Shown piece after piece: positions 39,261 through 51,690 of a stretch of 64,000 nt of DNA. Each line of letters starts with the position of its first letter. Within the stretch, counting starts at the first letter, position 1. The DNA is from Octopus sinensis (taxonomy: Eukaryota), in NCBI RefSeq assembly GCF_006345805.1, contig NW_021836133.1, positions 188,148 through 252,147 of the forward strand, read 5' to 3'. The translations under genes and the position numbers were made by a program. The notes below the pieces were generated by a model, which worked only from the letters and a program-made list of their open reading frames with translations, searched no databases and had not been told where the DNA came from.

Positions 39261-40386
39261 TGTGACATGGGCAACGCGTTACGCATGGGCAACCGGTTAC
39301 ATTTTTGACCTTGTAGATGTCAAAATTAAATCCTTTGATTATCACAAATAATATTTTTATGGGCCAATTATAAAGTTTATCAATGCCTTGTATGGATTTA
39401 AATTGGTTTTTGTTCATGTACTTAAATAATTTTAAAAAGTTATTTTTTTTAATGTTGGTAAACCTAAACTTATTGGAAAATTTTTAGCGTGCTAGATTTG
39501 TTTCTTGTAATGGCTTCATATAGAGGTTATGTCAAAGTTTCTTCAGAGTATCGAATTTTAAAAGATGCTTGGGAAAATAAATTCCCGGAAGATTTTTCTA
39601 CGCAAGCAAAATATAGACTTATAAAAAAGATCGAGAATTTTACAATAATCAATGAAAGGTACTTTAGATTTACGATTAATGCGCAGATTGTATCTCAAAT
39701 CTGATGATCCAAAGCTCGTCATTACTTTGGACAATGAAACTGAAATGGAGCATGTAGCTAAATCTCTACACGAATATTCACACGGAGGAGTAAACAAGAT
39801 CGAGTATGAGTGTCGACAAAGATACTTCATTGTTAAAAATGACATAATCAGAAAAGTCATTCGAAATTGTGAAGTATGTAAATTTGCCTGTCCATTGAAA
39901 GTTTTAATTCTTTTTAATTTTTAATGTAGGTTGGTGATATGAATCATCATATTTTTGCTTCTTCTCCGGTGATATGAATCATATAAGGCAATGAATAGAA
40001 AAATGAATGTACACAATAGTAAATACGAGTTTACTGTCGGAGATAAAGTTTAGATAAATAATTATAGATAGGTTCGAGTTAAAAAAGATTATGGAACAAA
40101 CCCTTCGTTACGGTTGGATAAATTCGAGTCTGCATTCTATCCGACGGCTGAAATAATTAACATTTTATCAAATAATCGAGTCGAGGTAAATCAATCATTT
40201 TTATTTAATAGATAAAATATGCTAAAGGAGAGATATGGACGGTACCAATGGCAAGACTAAAAAAATGATTAATTTTTTTTGTTAAAATGCATTATTCTTT
40301 GAAGTTATTCAATGATTAATAATTGACATCTACAAGGTCAAAAAATGTAACCGGTTGCCCATGCGTAACGCGTTGCCCATGTCACA
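39261..40386 (+). mobile_element. Ginger/TDD-like DNA transposon, internally deleted
   Basis: About 63-bp TIRs starting TGTGACATGGGCAAC and a 5-bp TSD taata. Zinc-binding HEYSHGG...CEVC is present but there is no catalytic core. Confidence 0.85.
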
Positions 40387-40473
40387 TAATATATATCATA
40401 ATCACGTACTCACATCAATGCAAATTTCAAATACATTTTATTGGCTTCCTCACTTGTCCTTTTGATTGATCTC

Positions 40474-41057
40474 AAATTTATAAACGAAATTGAATATTCG
40501 GAATCAAGTTATGATAGAAAATCCGAATAAAAAGATATTTAATTTATATTCATAATTGCATGAGATTAATCAAATATTTTTAATAGTTTAATCACCTAAT
40601 AATTGAATAGGAGATTAGCATTATAACAGAGATAAGTTACATTGACAGTCTGTCATATATAGAATCATCTTTTAGATATAATGAAATGAGATTTTTTATA
40701 AAATGCATATTCTCAGTACAAAGAATTGTTTTAATTGTCAAACATAAAAGATCTATCATAGATAATAACTGCTTGTAGCCTTCTATCGAAAATCTTTTCC
40801 GACTGCGTAAAAAACAGACTAAAATTTGGATTGGCTAATATTTAGATGATTGCACTATGTTTTGTCCTCCCGATATTTTGTTAAACAATTTTGAATCTCT
40901 AATCACAGCTTGTTATTCATTGATTTTGAAATTAATTCTCTCAAATCGGAAATTAAAAACATTTTTATTCATTTTAAGGTCTTTTGTTAATCTGAAATTT
41001 ATAAACGAAATTGAATATTCGGAATCAAGTTATGATAGAAAATCCGAATAAAAAGAT
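40474..41057. repeat. Identical 63-bp direct repeat pair (40474-40536 and 40995-41057)
   Basis: aaatttataaacgaaattgaatattcggaatcaagttatgatagaaaatccgaataaaaagat occurs twice. Confidence 0.9.
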
Positions 41058-41289
41058 TTTTCACGCTCTGGTGCGCTCTTCTGCTGAGAAGTAATCGGCA
41101 TTAAAGTTAATAAAAACAAATTTGTTAAATTGAAATTATAAATTTTCTAACTTTTTCCTGCCAAATTTGATTCAATGCTCCGAAAATTCAATTAATTTTG
41201 TTTATAATTTCGGATTAATTTTGTTTATTATTACAAAATAATTTTGTTGATTAATTTTTTTAATTAATTTTTCAAATTTAATTAACAGC

Positions 41290-42400
41290 ACGCTTTCTAT
41301 GGTTAGAAAAAGGACTGAAGTCAAAATTCATCTAAAAGAACAGATTTGTAAAAATTAAGGATTCGAGGAAAATGTCTCTGAATGAATTGTCTCAAATTAT
41401 CAGAAGAGAATTAAACCTGGACCTACGAAATTCTACTTTATCTGAAATTTTAAAATAAAGAACAATGAAAAAGTGAGAGCTCAAACACTTACTATAGACA
41501 AGCTTGTAAAAATTATTATCTGCTTGAGAATTCATTGATAAAATGGATATCTCGAATGGATGTTATTAACGGAATGGACTGGACACAGCAAGAAACCAAA
41601 CTGTTTCAAAGGATTCAATGTTGGAAAATACTGTCATTATTATCCAAATTCGAAAGCCAGTTATTTGTTTAATTGCGTGATGCTGCTACTTGATGATGAA
41701 CTGAAGCAATATAACAAAATTTATTTACTTCTTGATTACGCGCCACATTTTGAAGAACAATTTTCCAAACATTGAAGTTATAAAGCTTCCAAAGAGTCAA
41801 CTGCTAATCTTCAACCAATGGATGCATGAATAATAATAAATCTAAGGCATCATTTCAGAAACAAGTTAGTGGTTGATTATATGAATTTGCTTGATTAAAC
41901 TTTTTTGTTAATTTTAGACACCCAATATTGTTACTTCACGAAGAAAAAAAATAATTACTTTAACAAAAAAAGTGTAAAACAAGAAACTATCAGTAATTGT
42001 TTTAAAAAAGTTGGAATTATTCAAGTCTTATGCTGGAGAAGAGTTGTCTCCAGATCCAATTATTGAGGCACACAATAATGAGCTAGACCAAATTGTGATT
42101 GAAGAAGATATATTTCAAACAGAAAAAGTCATTGATGACGATGAAATCATTGGACTGTTTCAAGAAGAATACACTGTTGAAGATATCATACTTAATGCTG
42201 AAGATGGCCAGAGTTACGATATTAGCCCAACCACTTTATTTGATGCAATTCAATAAAGTATTTTACATTTTTTTATAAAATCGAAAATTCAAAACCAAAA
42301 AAAGTGAACAAGTTTAATTTACTTAAATATATCAAAGAAATGTTCAATTTTTTTAAAATAATTCAAATTCAATAATTCGTAATATCGCTACATGGCTAGT
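41290..42400 (+). mobile_element. pogo/Tigger remnant, heavily decayed
   Basis: IYLLLDYAPH, TANLQPMDA*II and VKQETISNCF motifs in shifting frames. Confidence 0.65.
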
Positions 42401-42809
42401 CATACTACTTTTGAAGAAAAAGCCATAATCATTTGGATGTATAAATCTGGAAAAAACATACAGAGAAATACAAAATATCACCAAAAGATTGCTCGGCACG
42501 ACATCGAAAATTATCAGAAGCTACTTAAATAACTGCTTGACGGACAGAAAAGCCGGGTCTGGTCGACCGTCGTTGCTTAATTGTTAATAAATATTTTAAA
42601 TAAATAAGGTTTGAAAAGAGATGCCCATTTAAACTTTGTTAAATAAGCCAAAACTTTTACAGAAAAAAACAGGAAAATCAGTAACAGCTTAAACAAGAAA
42701 AAATAAAATGAAAAAAATTGGTTTGAATGTTTATCTGGCCATGAAAATCCCACTTCTTACCCAAAAACATAAACTTCGACGATTGACGTATCTAAAAATC
42801 AATGTACAC

Positions 42810-43050
42810 AAATCACATCATTTTCCTTGTTCTGTAGTATGGTATTGAACGAGGCAAACTTGTTCCTCGAATACTCCCGAATACATCTCCGGATCCTTCG
42901 GCCCGCAAACAGCCAAGTTCTTGAAGGACGTCGGCCTCTTTATCGCTCGAAGAAACATGGAGGACGCGAATCCTCTTGGCTGAGACAAAGGATTTCGGTT
43001 ACAATCATGCGCGGCAACGCACAAGCTATCCGTTCGACCTGGACATAACC
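42810..43050 (+). mobile_element. CRE-like 3' fragment
   Basis: GRESSWLRQRISVTIMRGNAQAIR. Confidence 0.8.
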
Positions 43051-43179
43051 GTTATCTCACAGCGCTCGTAGGTCGAGCTCGTTTTTCCTCGCGGACTTTT
43101 TCATTTTCACTTTTAAACTGATTACATTTGGTTGTAATAGCAGAATTAACTGCCCAAAATGGTCATCTCAAATACACTT

Positions 43180-43400
43180 GCTGAAAATATTATGTATTTC
43201 TTCTTTTAAAATTTCGTTAAAAATGTGCAAAAATAATTCAGAGATAATAAAAAACACCCCTCTCAGTAATAATACATTTCGTAGAAAAATTGATGAAATG
43301 TCCATACAAATTGAAGACATATTGTCTGATAAATTGACAAGAATTAAATTTTTTGAAAATGATAAAATTTTCTCAAAACATTTATTTATGCTGAAATCAG
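43180..43400 (+). mobile_element. hAT (ZBED5/FAM200-like) remnant
   Basis: IKNTPLSNNTFRRKIDEMS motif. Confidence 0.55.
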
Positions 43401-43959
43401 AAATAAATTCCCATTTTCATAATATAATAAATATTCAAATTCCACAATGAATCTATACTATTCGAATCCATAATGTGACTGCTTGTGCTAAGTTTGCTAT
43501 GCAAGCTTAGGGGTTAATAAATAAATAAATAATGGGAATTACTAAGTGGTCATAAATTTAATTACAAAAACAGAAGGGGTACATTATTCAATTGAGAAAG
43601 CATTTACTGATCTGGAATTTAAAATCAAATATTTCGACATATATTTGTGTTCATAACTAATCGCGATAATGAACAACATCGAGAGTGATAAATCCAGAGT
43701 TATCCTTGATTTCGAATTCTTAAATTATAACTCGTGGAGCAGAGTAAAAGCTGCCCGTGATCTCTACTTAATTCATAGATTTCTACAATTAAAAACATTA
43801 AATTGATAACTCCTGATAAAAATTTTTCTGCCCATCGAACAGATGTCTCAAAAAATAATTTTCCAGTTTATTCATCAAAACTCCTCTTGTGAACGAACTG
43901 TTTTATTGGTCGAAGAAATCTCATATCAGACCAGAGAAAATAAGATAATACACTCAACC

Positions 43960-44740
43960 CTCGCAAATTGGCCCCTCTCAAATTGGCCACAAATTTTAAT
44001 TTTTTTGTACTATAATTTTTATTCTTCAAAATTTTTTTTAATAAATTTGAATTTTATTAATAAAATTTGTCCCAAATGTCTTCTCGCAATATTTATACTC
44101 GTCCGAATTTTAATCAGAAAATAGAAATTTTATCTTATAAAGAAAGAATCCTCATTTTTCGTGTCATCATTTGGCCGAAAGAATTTCTTTTTTGTTTAAT
44201 AAAAAAATTTCTCGAAAAACAAACAACAACATTCTTTTGAAAAAAGATTCTCTTCTCAAAGATAGCAAGATACACAATCTAGGTTCAAAAAAGTATCAAA
44301 TCTTAAGTTTCCTGAACTTGATGCAAAATTGGTTGAATGGATGGATTTGATTGAGTCTAGAGGTATCTTATTTAGGGTCTAATATTTAGGCGGTTTTCTT
44401 AATGATGCCTTAATTTCTAGTAAGGCTATGTTTTTTGCGCAACAACTTAAACTAGTAAATTTTAAAAACTCAAATGGTTTTTTGAAAAAATTTAAAAAAC
44501 GACATGGATTTCGAATGCGAAAATTCATGGAAAATTGAAAACAGATGATCCCGTTGATATCTAATCTTTCCTTTCTAAATTTCGTGAAGTTTTACAGAGA
44601 TACAATGATGATCAAATTTACAACTTAGATGAAACTAGATTGTTTTATAAAATCATTCCTTCAAAATCTATTTGTCGCAACCGATTTAAAGGTTACAAAA
44701 ATTTCAAGGATCGTGTTTCTATAATGCTTTGCACAAATTG
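43960..44740 (+). mobile_element. pogo/Tigger 5' part, related to 20591-22244, with a 27-nt intron; truncated by a CRE insertion
   Basis: KFPELDAKLVEWMDLIESRG/GFLNDA, FKNSNG and IYNLDETRLFYK..KDRVSIMLCTN. Confidence 0.85.
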
Positions 44741-44744
44741 ATTG

Positions 44745-47420
44745 AAATAAGTTAGTCAAGGATTAAAAGGCACTTGCGGTTGCACGCATGATGGAGTGTG
44801 CATTGCCGCGAACGACAGCTATTCCAATTTGTTGGAATAACCATGACACTTCTCGAGGCTCCCCACGTCGCCTAGCAACTTTTCCTCCGACTTCTCTGAT
44901 GAAAGAAGTCGTAAGAGGGCCGGTTACCCCAGAAGTCTCCACAGCGATAGGTACGAAGCGGTACCGTTGTCCAAGATTTGCGTATTTGGCAATTTTTCTT
45001 TGCTCTGCAGCATCTGCTGCAGAACCTGGAGAAACAGCAGAAGAGATCATATTAGTTTTGGAATGGGTGTCAACACACGTTGAATCCCAAACCAACGATT
45101 TTCCACAGGAGTAGGGAAAAGTGGTCATCCCATCGGGTCTTTTCCCATCTCCACGATATAAGCCCACTGGCTCTAGGATCGAGGGGAAGCCCGCCGACTC
45201 AAAAGCTCTTAAGATAACATTGTTAATAGCGGAGTGCCGAGGAGCTCGGCCAGCACTTCGTTTGCAAGAGAGTGGGTGTACACCTTTGACGTCAACCATT
45301 TTTCCACATCTACAACGATGTTGTTCGCAGATGTCAAGTCCGAGTCTCAGTGCAGTACCGATACGCATGCAGTCATCCTCTAATAATGTTCCGAGGCCAG
45401 CAATTGGCATAGCATTCAGCCATGACCCACTGAGTGGCACAGCTGCAGAGCGTAAGCAGGCGAGGCGGTGCTGGTCGAGCCTCATTGCCAGGTTGTCTGC
45501 GGTGAACGCCTCTCTCTACTCGACTCCCACACGGCCTTTTTCCTCCTCAAAAATTGCATCCACGTTCCCAAACTGTTATATTTATTGAGATGCTCGCCCT
45601 GCTTTATACAAGATGAAATATTGCATTCTATCGATGATACGTTAAGATTGTGAGCCGAGTGGATCCTAAATGTCCGTTTCGATAATGATGGGTGGACCCA
45701 GTGTAAACTACCTCTTAATTCTGGCAAAGCTGGCCTAAGATCCGCCCTGGACCTTGCCCTCCCAGCTTTCCTGTCCTCTCACTCATCCTGCCGAAGGCTA
45801 TCCTTGGAGATTCTACATAAATCCCCCGAATCTTCTTTGGACAGGCCTTTTGAAGATGGATGTACAGTGGGCGCAAAAAAAATCCGGTTTTCTTATTTTT
45901 CGAATTTTTCAATATAAATTTTATATTATTTTTTTTTAATTTAGTATCATTTGAAATGTAAATCGAGTATGTTTTTAATTTTAAGTATTTTTTTATTTTT
46001 CATAGAGATATCTTGAATTTAATTTTAAAATGCGCAAAAAAAACTCGGTTTTTTTAATTATTGAGTCTTTTATTCTCAAAAATTTGAAATTGTTGTCATT
46101 TTTGTTGTTGTTGGATGTCGTGTATTTCAGAAATTGTGAAAGGACAAATTATTCAACTTTATTTCCTTAATTGGACATATAAACAAATTTCAGAAGAAGT
46201 AGAAATTCCCAGATCAACAGTGGGAGATTACATACGTAAATACAAAAAATATGGAACAACACAGAGACTGTCCGGTTCTGGAAGACCTAGGACATTAAAT
46301 AATGATGATATAAATACTTTATTGACGCTTGTTTCTGACAATCCGAAAAAATCTTCCCGTTGCCTGTCAAAGGATCTTCATTCTTTGACAGGAAAAATCG
46401 TCTCAAAACGAACAATTGGGAATTATCTGAAACAAAAGGAAATATATTCACGTGTGTGTCAAAAAAAACCGTATCTGTCTAAAATTAATATCGAAAAACG
46501 ATATGCCTTGTCAAAAAAATTTATCGCACTGAATATGACGTCATGGAAATCAACTATTTTTAGTGATGAATGCTGTTTCGAAATTTTTAATCACAAAAAA
46601 AGGAATTTTGTTATAGGAAAAACAACACACGTCTAGAAAAATCGCACTTATCTCCAACTGTTAAATTTGGAGGGGGAAAAATAATGGTGTGTGGGATTTT
46701 CGGGTATTATGGAGTAGGCAATCTAGTATTTATAAATGGAACTATGAACTCAGCAACTTATGTGAACATATTATCAAATAATCTGTGGGAGTCCGCTGCG
46801 AAAATGTGCTTGAATGAATTCATATTCCAACAAGACATGGCTCCTCCACACACATCAAAGATCACGAAAGATTTCTTTGCCGAAAGAAGCGTCAAACTAT
46901 TGGATTGGGCACCGCAATCGCCAGATTTAAATCCAATAGAACATCTTTGGGCATATATTAAAAGTAAATTGTACGAAAATCCTCCAAAAAATATGCATGA
47001 GCTGAAAGATAAAATTATCGAAATTTGGGAAAATATGCCGAAAGATCTAATACAGAAACTCATAAACAGCATGCCGAGAAGGGTGTACGATGTTTTTATG
47101 GCTAAAGGACGGCATATTAAATATTAATTTGACATTTTTTTAAAAAACCGGGTTTTTTTTGCGCATTGTAAATTTAAATTGGAAATATCTCTTGAAAAAA
47201 AATAATGAAAATAATCAAAATAAAAAATAAGAGTTACTTTTCACTAAAATTTAAGATTAAAAAAAATATTATATCGCACAATATAAAAAAATAGAGAAAT
47301 TAGAAAACCGGATTTTTTTTGCGCCCACTGTATGCTGTGGAAGGAATCAGGATTAAAATTCCCGATCCAAACATCACTCCAACAGAGCTGGGACAAATTA
47401 AGCTACAAAATTGACTTGTA
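44745..47420. mobile_element. CRE-like non-LTR retrotransposon, 5'-truncated with an inverted 5' segment; hosts a Tc1
   Basis: Minus-strand ORF 44763-45485 carries the C-terminal zinc finger and RLE (RPDG..VWD..ETSG..RGNA). The preceding post-RT region is on the plus strand (45500-45864, resuming at 47331). Confidence 0.85.
45865..47330 (+). mobile_element. Full-length Tc1 (DD34E) element
   Basis: TIR cagtgggcgcaaaaaaaatccggttttct at both ends and TA TSD. Transposase 46115-47127 has one frameshift at about 46620. 34 residues lie between QQD and the E of SPDLNPIE. Confidence 0.97.
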
Positions 47421-47616
47421 AATGATATAGAACTCATTGATTCACAAAATTATATAGAACTGGCGGCTTTGTTCAAAAATGCGTCCATTTAAAATATTTT
47501 TTGTACGGCCCGCGAAGCTAATCTTAATTATCGATTTGGAAGGATTATCGATTTTTAAATCTAATTGGCCAACAAAATTGAAGTATCCAAAATGCCCAAT
47601 TTGAAACGGTTGAGTG

Positions 47617-48156
47617 TATTAAAAAAATCAGAATAGTAGAAAAGAATCAAAATAATAAAAAAATCAAAATAAACAATAAAATACTAGAAAAAAATAAATT
47701 TAAACAAGTCTGTATAAATGCATATTAATTAATTGATAAAATGAATACAAATTCACTTGCAAAATATACTTTATGCAAGATATTTTACCAGTAATCAATT
47801 TAATTAATAGTCAAACAAATAAAAAAACAAAAAATTATAAAATTAAAACATAAAAGCACGAAAAAATAAAATAAGAATTAACTGCATACATGCACAACAA
47901 AAGAAAATAATATAACGTGCGTAATAATTTATTGTAGTTAATTCGATAAATTAAAAACATTTAAAAAATAAAATAAATAACATTTAATATCACCAATCTG
48001 TATTATTTCAGCTCGTCAAATATAAGGGCAAAAAGAAATTGTTCTACAAGGATCCTTTTCTTCTAAACCTGCCATCAAATTTTGTCTTCAAAAAAAAAGT
48101 TTGTTGAGCCATGGGAAAAATGCCAGAATTTCCACATCCTTAGATGCAAAATTGAT
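47617..48156. repeat. Dispersed AT-rich repeat, copy A (copy B at 60295-60840)
   Basis: About 545-bp colinear match from aaaaatcagaatagta to cacatccttagat.caaaattgat. Confidence 0.9.
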
Positions 48157-48161
48157 TTCGT

Positions 48162-50088
48162 CAGTGTAAAACCTCTCGAATCCGCCACCTCTCGAATCCG
48201 CCGAATTTTTTCAAGAATACGAAATTTCCTATGAGATATTCCCGAATCCGCAAATTTCTCGAATCCGCCGCGTTTTTAGAAATATATATTTTTTATTTTC
48301 TTAATTATTATTTTTTTAAATTCCAAAACACTTTTACACGAGACATTATCATTTAATTGTGTGGTTGGTCCTGTTAATTGTAATGAAACGTAATTGTACC
48401 AGATTTAAAATTCCGAAAAACAAAAATTATTAAATTTATCGATCAAAATCCAGGAATTTCGCTTACAAGAGTGTCCGCTATCTTTTCCGAAAGATTCAGA
48501 CGCGTTATTTCAAGACGATCTTTAAACGACCTTAGGAGCAGAAGGAATGTATCTGCCTTGCTTTTTTCAGAATTATCTCGGAATCCATATTTAAAGTTCA
48601 ATGAAATTGATGAAGATACTATGTCATGGATTGAAATGATGGAAACCAGAGGAGCATTTCTTAATGATTCGATTATTCTTACAAAGGCTGAAGACTTTGC
48701 GAAGAAACGTCAAATAACTGAGTTTAAAGCCAGTCGTGGATGGCTTGAAAAATTTAAAAGAAGACATGGGTTAAAATTGAAGAAACTTTATGGAGAATCT
48801 TCTACAGAGAATTTCTCAAATTCTGAAGTTAATGATTTTCTCATTAATATAAGAGTAAAAATAAAATTATATGGTCGCGAAAATGTCTATAAAGCAGATG
48901 AGACAGGATTATTTTATAAAGCTCTTCCATGTAAAAGCATTTGCAAGATCAAGAGATATGGGCATAAATTATTGAAGGATCGAATATCGATAATGTTCTG
49001 TTCAAATATGACTGGTACCGATAAACTAACACCATTCATAATTGGAAAATTCAAAAATCCTAGATGCTCTAAAATTTTAGCTATCGAAGTTTTGTGACCT
49101 ATCATAATTCAAAAAAAGCATGGATGGATTCTATGTTTTTCCTTATTAAACTGGGGGATTTGGCAAGCAGAAGAAGAAATGATCATTGGGAACGGACATG
49201 GCTTTTCTAACGCATAACAATAGCCATCTTGCGTGGGAATTGCCATTCCATCTTATCCTCTGCAGCTAATTAAATACTAAATAACAGATTCAAATATGAT
49301 AATTTCGTTTTTAAAAAAAATATGTAAAAAAAAAATTTTAATAAGAAATTATAAATTTCTTTTAAGATGCCAATCTTTGGGAAAGACAGATTTTTGTTAC
49401 GACGATTTATCAAATTGAAAAGCAAAAAGATATTAATAATATGTTAATTAATTTCTTCAAAAAACAATTTTTTTGGGTTTTAGTGGTGCATGAGTAGGCT
49501 TGAATGCCCACTTAATAGTCCAAGAAAGTTTGCCCTCAAATGCGAAAAAAGTTTTTTGATATACGATTATTCCCCCGAGTACTGCCCCCTTATCAACGGA
49601 ACATGTATAGTCATCCCAATTAGTCGACAGTCGGTGACGAATTTGCCAATAAATATTCCCGTCTTGTACGTACATTCAAATACCAGGGAGGAACATTGGT
49701 AACACGTGACTATTTACAAAATTCTAAGAGAATGAAGAGATCCTGGACAATTTGGATGAAAATGATGATGAGGACATTGATTGTGGAGAAAAAAAGAATG
49801 GACAAGTCGTTTTAGACCACGATGCTTTGAATGCTCTCCATACATTGAGGAAGTACTTCAAACAAAAGGATGAAACTAATTTAAATGTCTTCAATCACCT
49901 TGATGATGTTAGTAGAAACATCAAAATAACTATTAAAACTAAAATAACTGACTATATTTAAAGAAATTAATGTCTTCATTTTTTAATTAGTCTATAAAAT
50001 ATTCAAATTTGTCTCTCGAATCCGCCAAACTCTCGAATCCGCCGTAATTTCCCAGGTCCAAATTTGGCGGATTCGAGAGGTTTTACTG
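48162..50088 (+). mobile_element. pogo/Tigger element with both TIRs; middle replaced by inserted DNA
   Basis: TIR cagt(gt)aaaacctctcgaatccgcc / ggcggattcgagaggttttactg followed by TA. FKASRGWLEKFKRRH, ADETGLFY and C-terminal KITDY. Confidence 0.9.
49140..49273 (+). mobile_element. CRE-like 3' fragment inside pogo
   Basis: LGDLASRRRNDHWERTWLF*RITIAILRGNCHSILSSA. Confidence 0.8.
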
Positions 50089-50099
50089 TACCAAAATTT

Positions 50100-50705
50100 T
50101 ACTCTTTGTGGTTTCATTAATAAAATGAAATTAACTGCCCATAGGTATCGCGTGGCCCATGTGACAAAATAATCGCATATGTGGGAGAAGCATGGAGTCG
50201 ATTAATAACAACAACAATTGTCAATTGTTGGATGAAAATAAACGAACAGAGAACATGTTTTCCTGAAATTAATTCAAAAAAAGAATCTGAATTAATTGAT
50301 AAGCATGTTTTAGCTTTAATGGATCTTGAAATAAACGGAATTGAGGATAATGATACTTTGTATAATGGAAATGATGAAATTGAAGAGTCCGACTTAAAAG
50401 AGTCAATGAGAATAATTAATGATCTTGAAACTTCCTTATTCAACACTTGCCCTGAAGGACTCAAAGAATACTATGAATTCAAGATAAAAATGTCGAAGAT
50501 TCTAAGAAATAAATATAATATTGGATTCAAAATAACTGATTATTTTTCATAGAATAAATTAATTCCTCTTTTTTAATACGAAAAAACATATTTTATTATT
50601 AAAAATACAGATATTTGCTTTTAAAAAGTAAAAATTATATATACCTCTACCTTAGGGGCACCCTCTATATTTGGGGCACTTTTCTATTGGGGCGGGGTCG
50701 TACTG
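50100..50705 (+). mobile_element. pogo 3' fragment with right TIR
   Basis: AWSRLITTTIVNCW...KITDYFS*; ends ggggcggggtcgtactg followed by TA. Confidence 0.75.
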
Positions 50706-50744
50706 TAATATGCTTAAACAAGCAATTATATGAGAATATTTTAT

Positions 50745-51690
50745 AAAATAAATATTTTTTAGATATAGAAAATGTATAAAAATAGGAGAAATCAATTAAA
50801 ATGTTTCAGTCATTATTAATAATGTTTATAGAATGATTAAATTGAAGTGGGTGTTACCTCGATAGATAATTTGAAATCGGTGGAAGTGGAAAAATGCATA
50901 ATACGACATTCTAGCCAGTGAATTACAATTAATTCACAAGGCTAAGGTAAAGATTGTACCGATTGTCCTCACGTGGGATGGATAGTCTCTACATTCTTCA
51001 GAAAATATATGGACCTTCTTAAAATCAAAGAAAGTGTGCAAGCATACATCCAGACTGTTGGTTGAAAAAAACAATGGAAAGCATGATAGTAGAACACAAT
51101 TTGGCTTCGAAAATGTCTACCTCAGTAACTCATTTGACGAAGGACGGAAATCGGTGAAGAGACGGCGAGATTCTTAGTTTCCGCCGATGAAGGAAACAAC
51201 TCCGAAGTGGGAACAGATAGCGGGAAGAGGATTCCGAGAGTAAACTTGGCGGAGCAAACTAATATGGAAAAGGAAAGTTAATTAGTTAATTAATTAAATT
51301 TCAAAATTGTGGACAATTTAAATAATATTATTTATAGAATGATTAAAAATACATGATTCTTCAAACCAATAATTAATTATAAAATTAAAGGATCAAGGAA
51401 CCAATAAACATAGAAATAATGAAAAAAACCATAAATAACAAGTAAAAACTATTCATCACAGAAAAATATAAAATAAATATTTTTAGATATAGAAAATGTA
51501 TAAAATGGGAGAAATCAATTAAAATGTTTCAGTCATTATTAATAATGTTTATAGAATGATTAAAAATACGTGATTCTTCAAACCAATAATTAATTATAAA
51601 ATTAAAGGATCAAGGAACCAATAAACATAGAAATAATGAAAAAAAACATAAATAACAAGTAAAAACTATTCATCACAGAAAAATATAAAT
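50745..51690. repeat. Tandem dimer of an about 220-bp AT-rich unit; first copy interrupted at 50842-51330
   Basis: 50745-50841 plus 51348-51470 matches 51470-51690. Confidence 0.85.
50842..51330 (+). mobile_element. 5'-truncated R2/R4-like (RLE) retroelement with 17-bp TSD
   Basis: EVGVTSIDNLKSVEVEK..TWDGIVS..AYIQ. TSD tttatagaatgattaaa at 50825-50841 and 51331-51347. Confidence 0.8.

Noticed and set aside
44788-45588. Long plus-strand ORFs (108 and 155 aa) and similar antisense ORFs over TEs and LRR exons
   Set aside because: Shadow ORFs of GC-richer coding sequence on the opposite strand.
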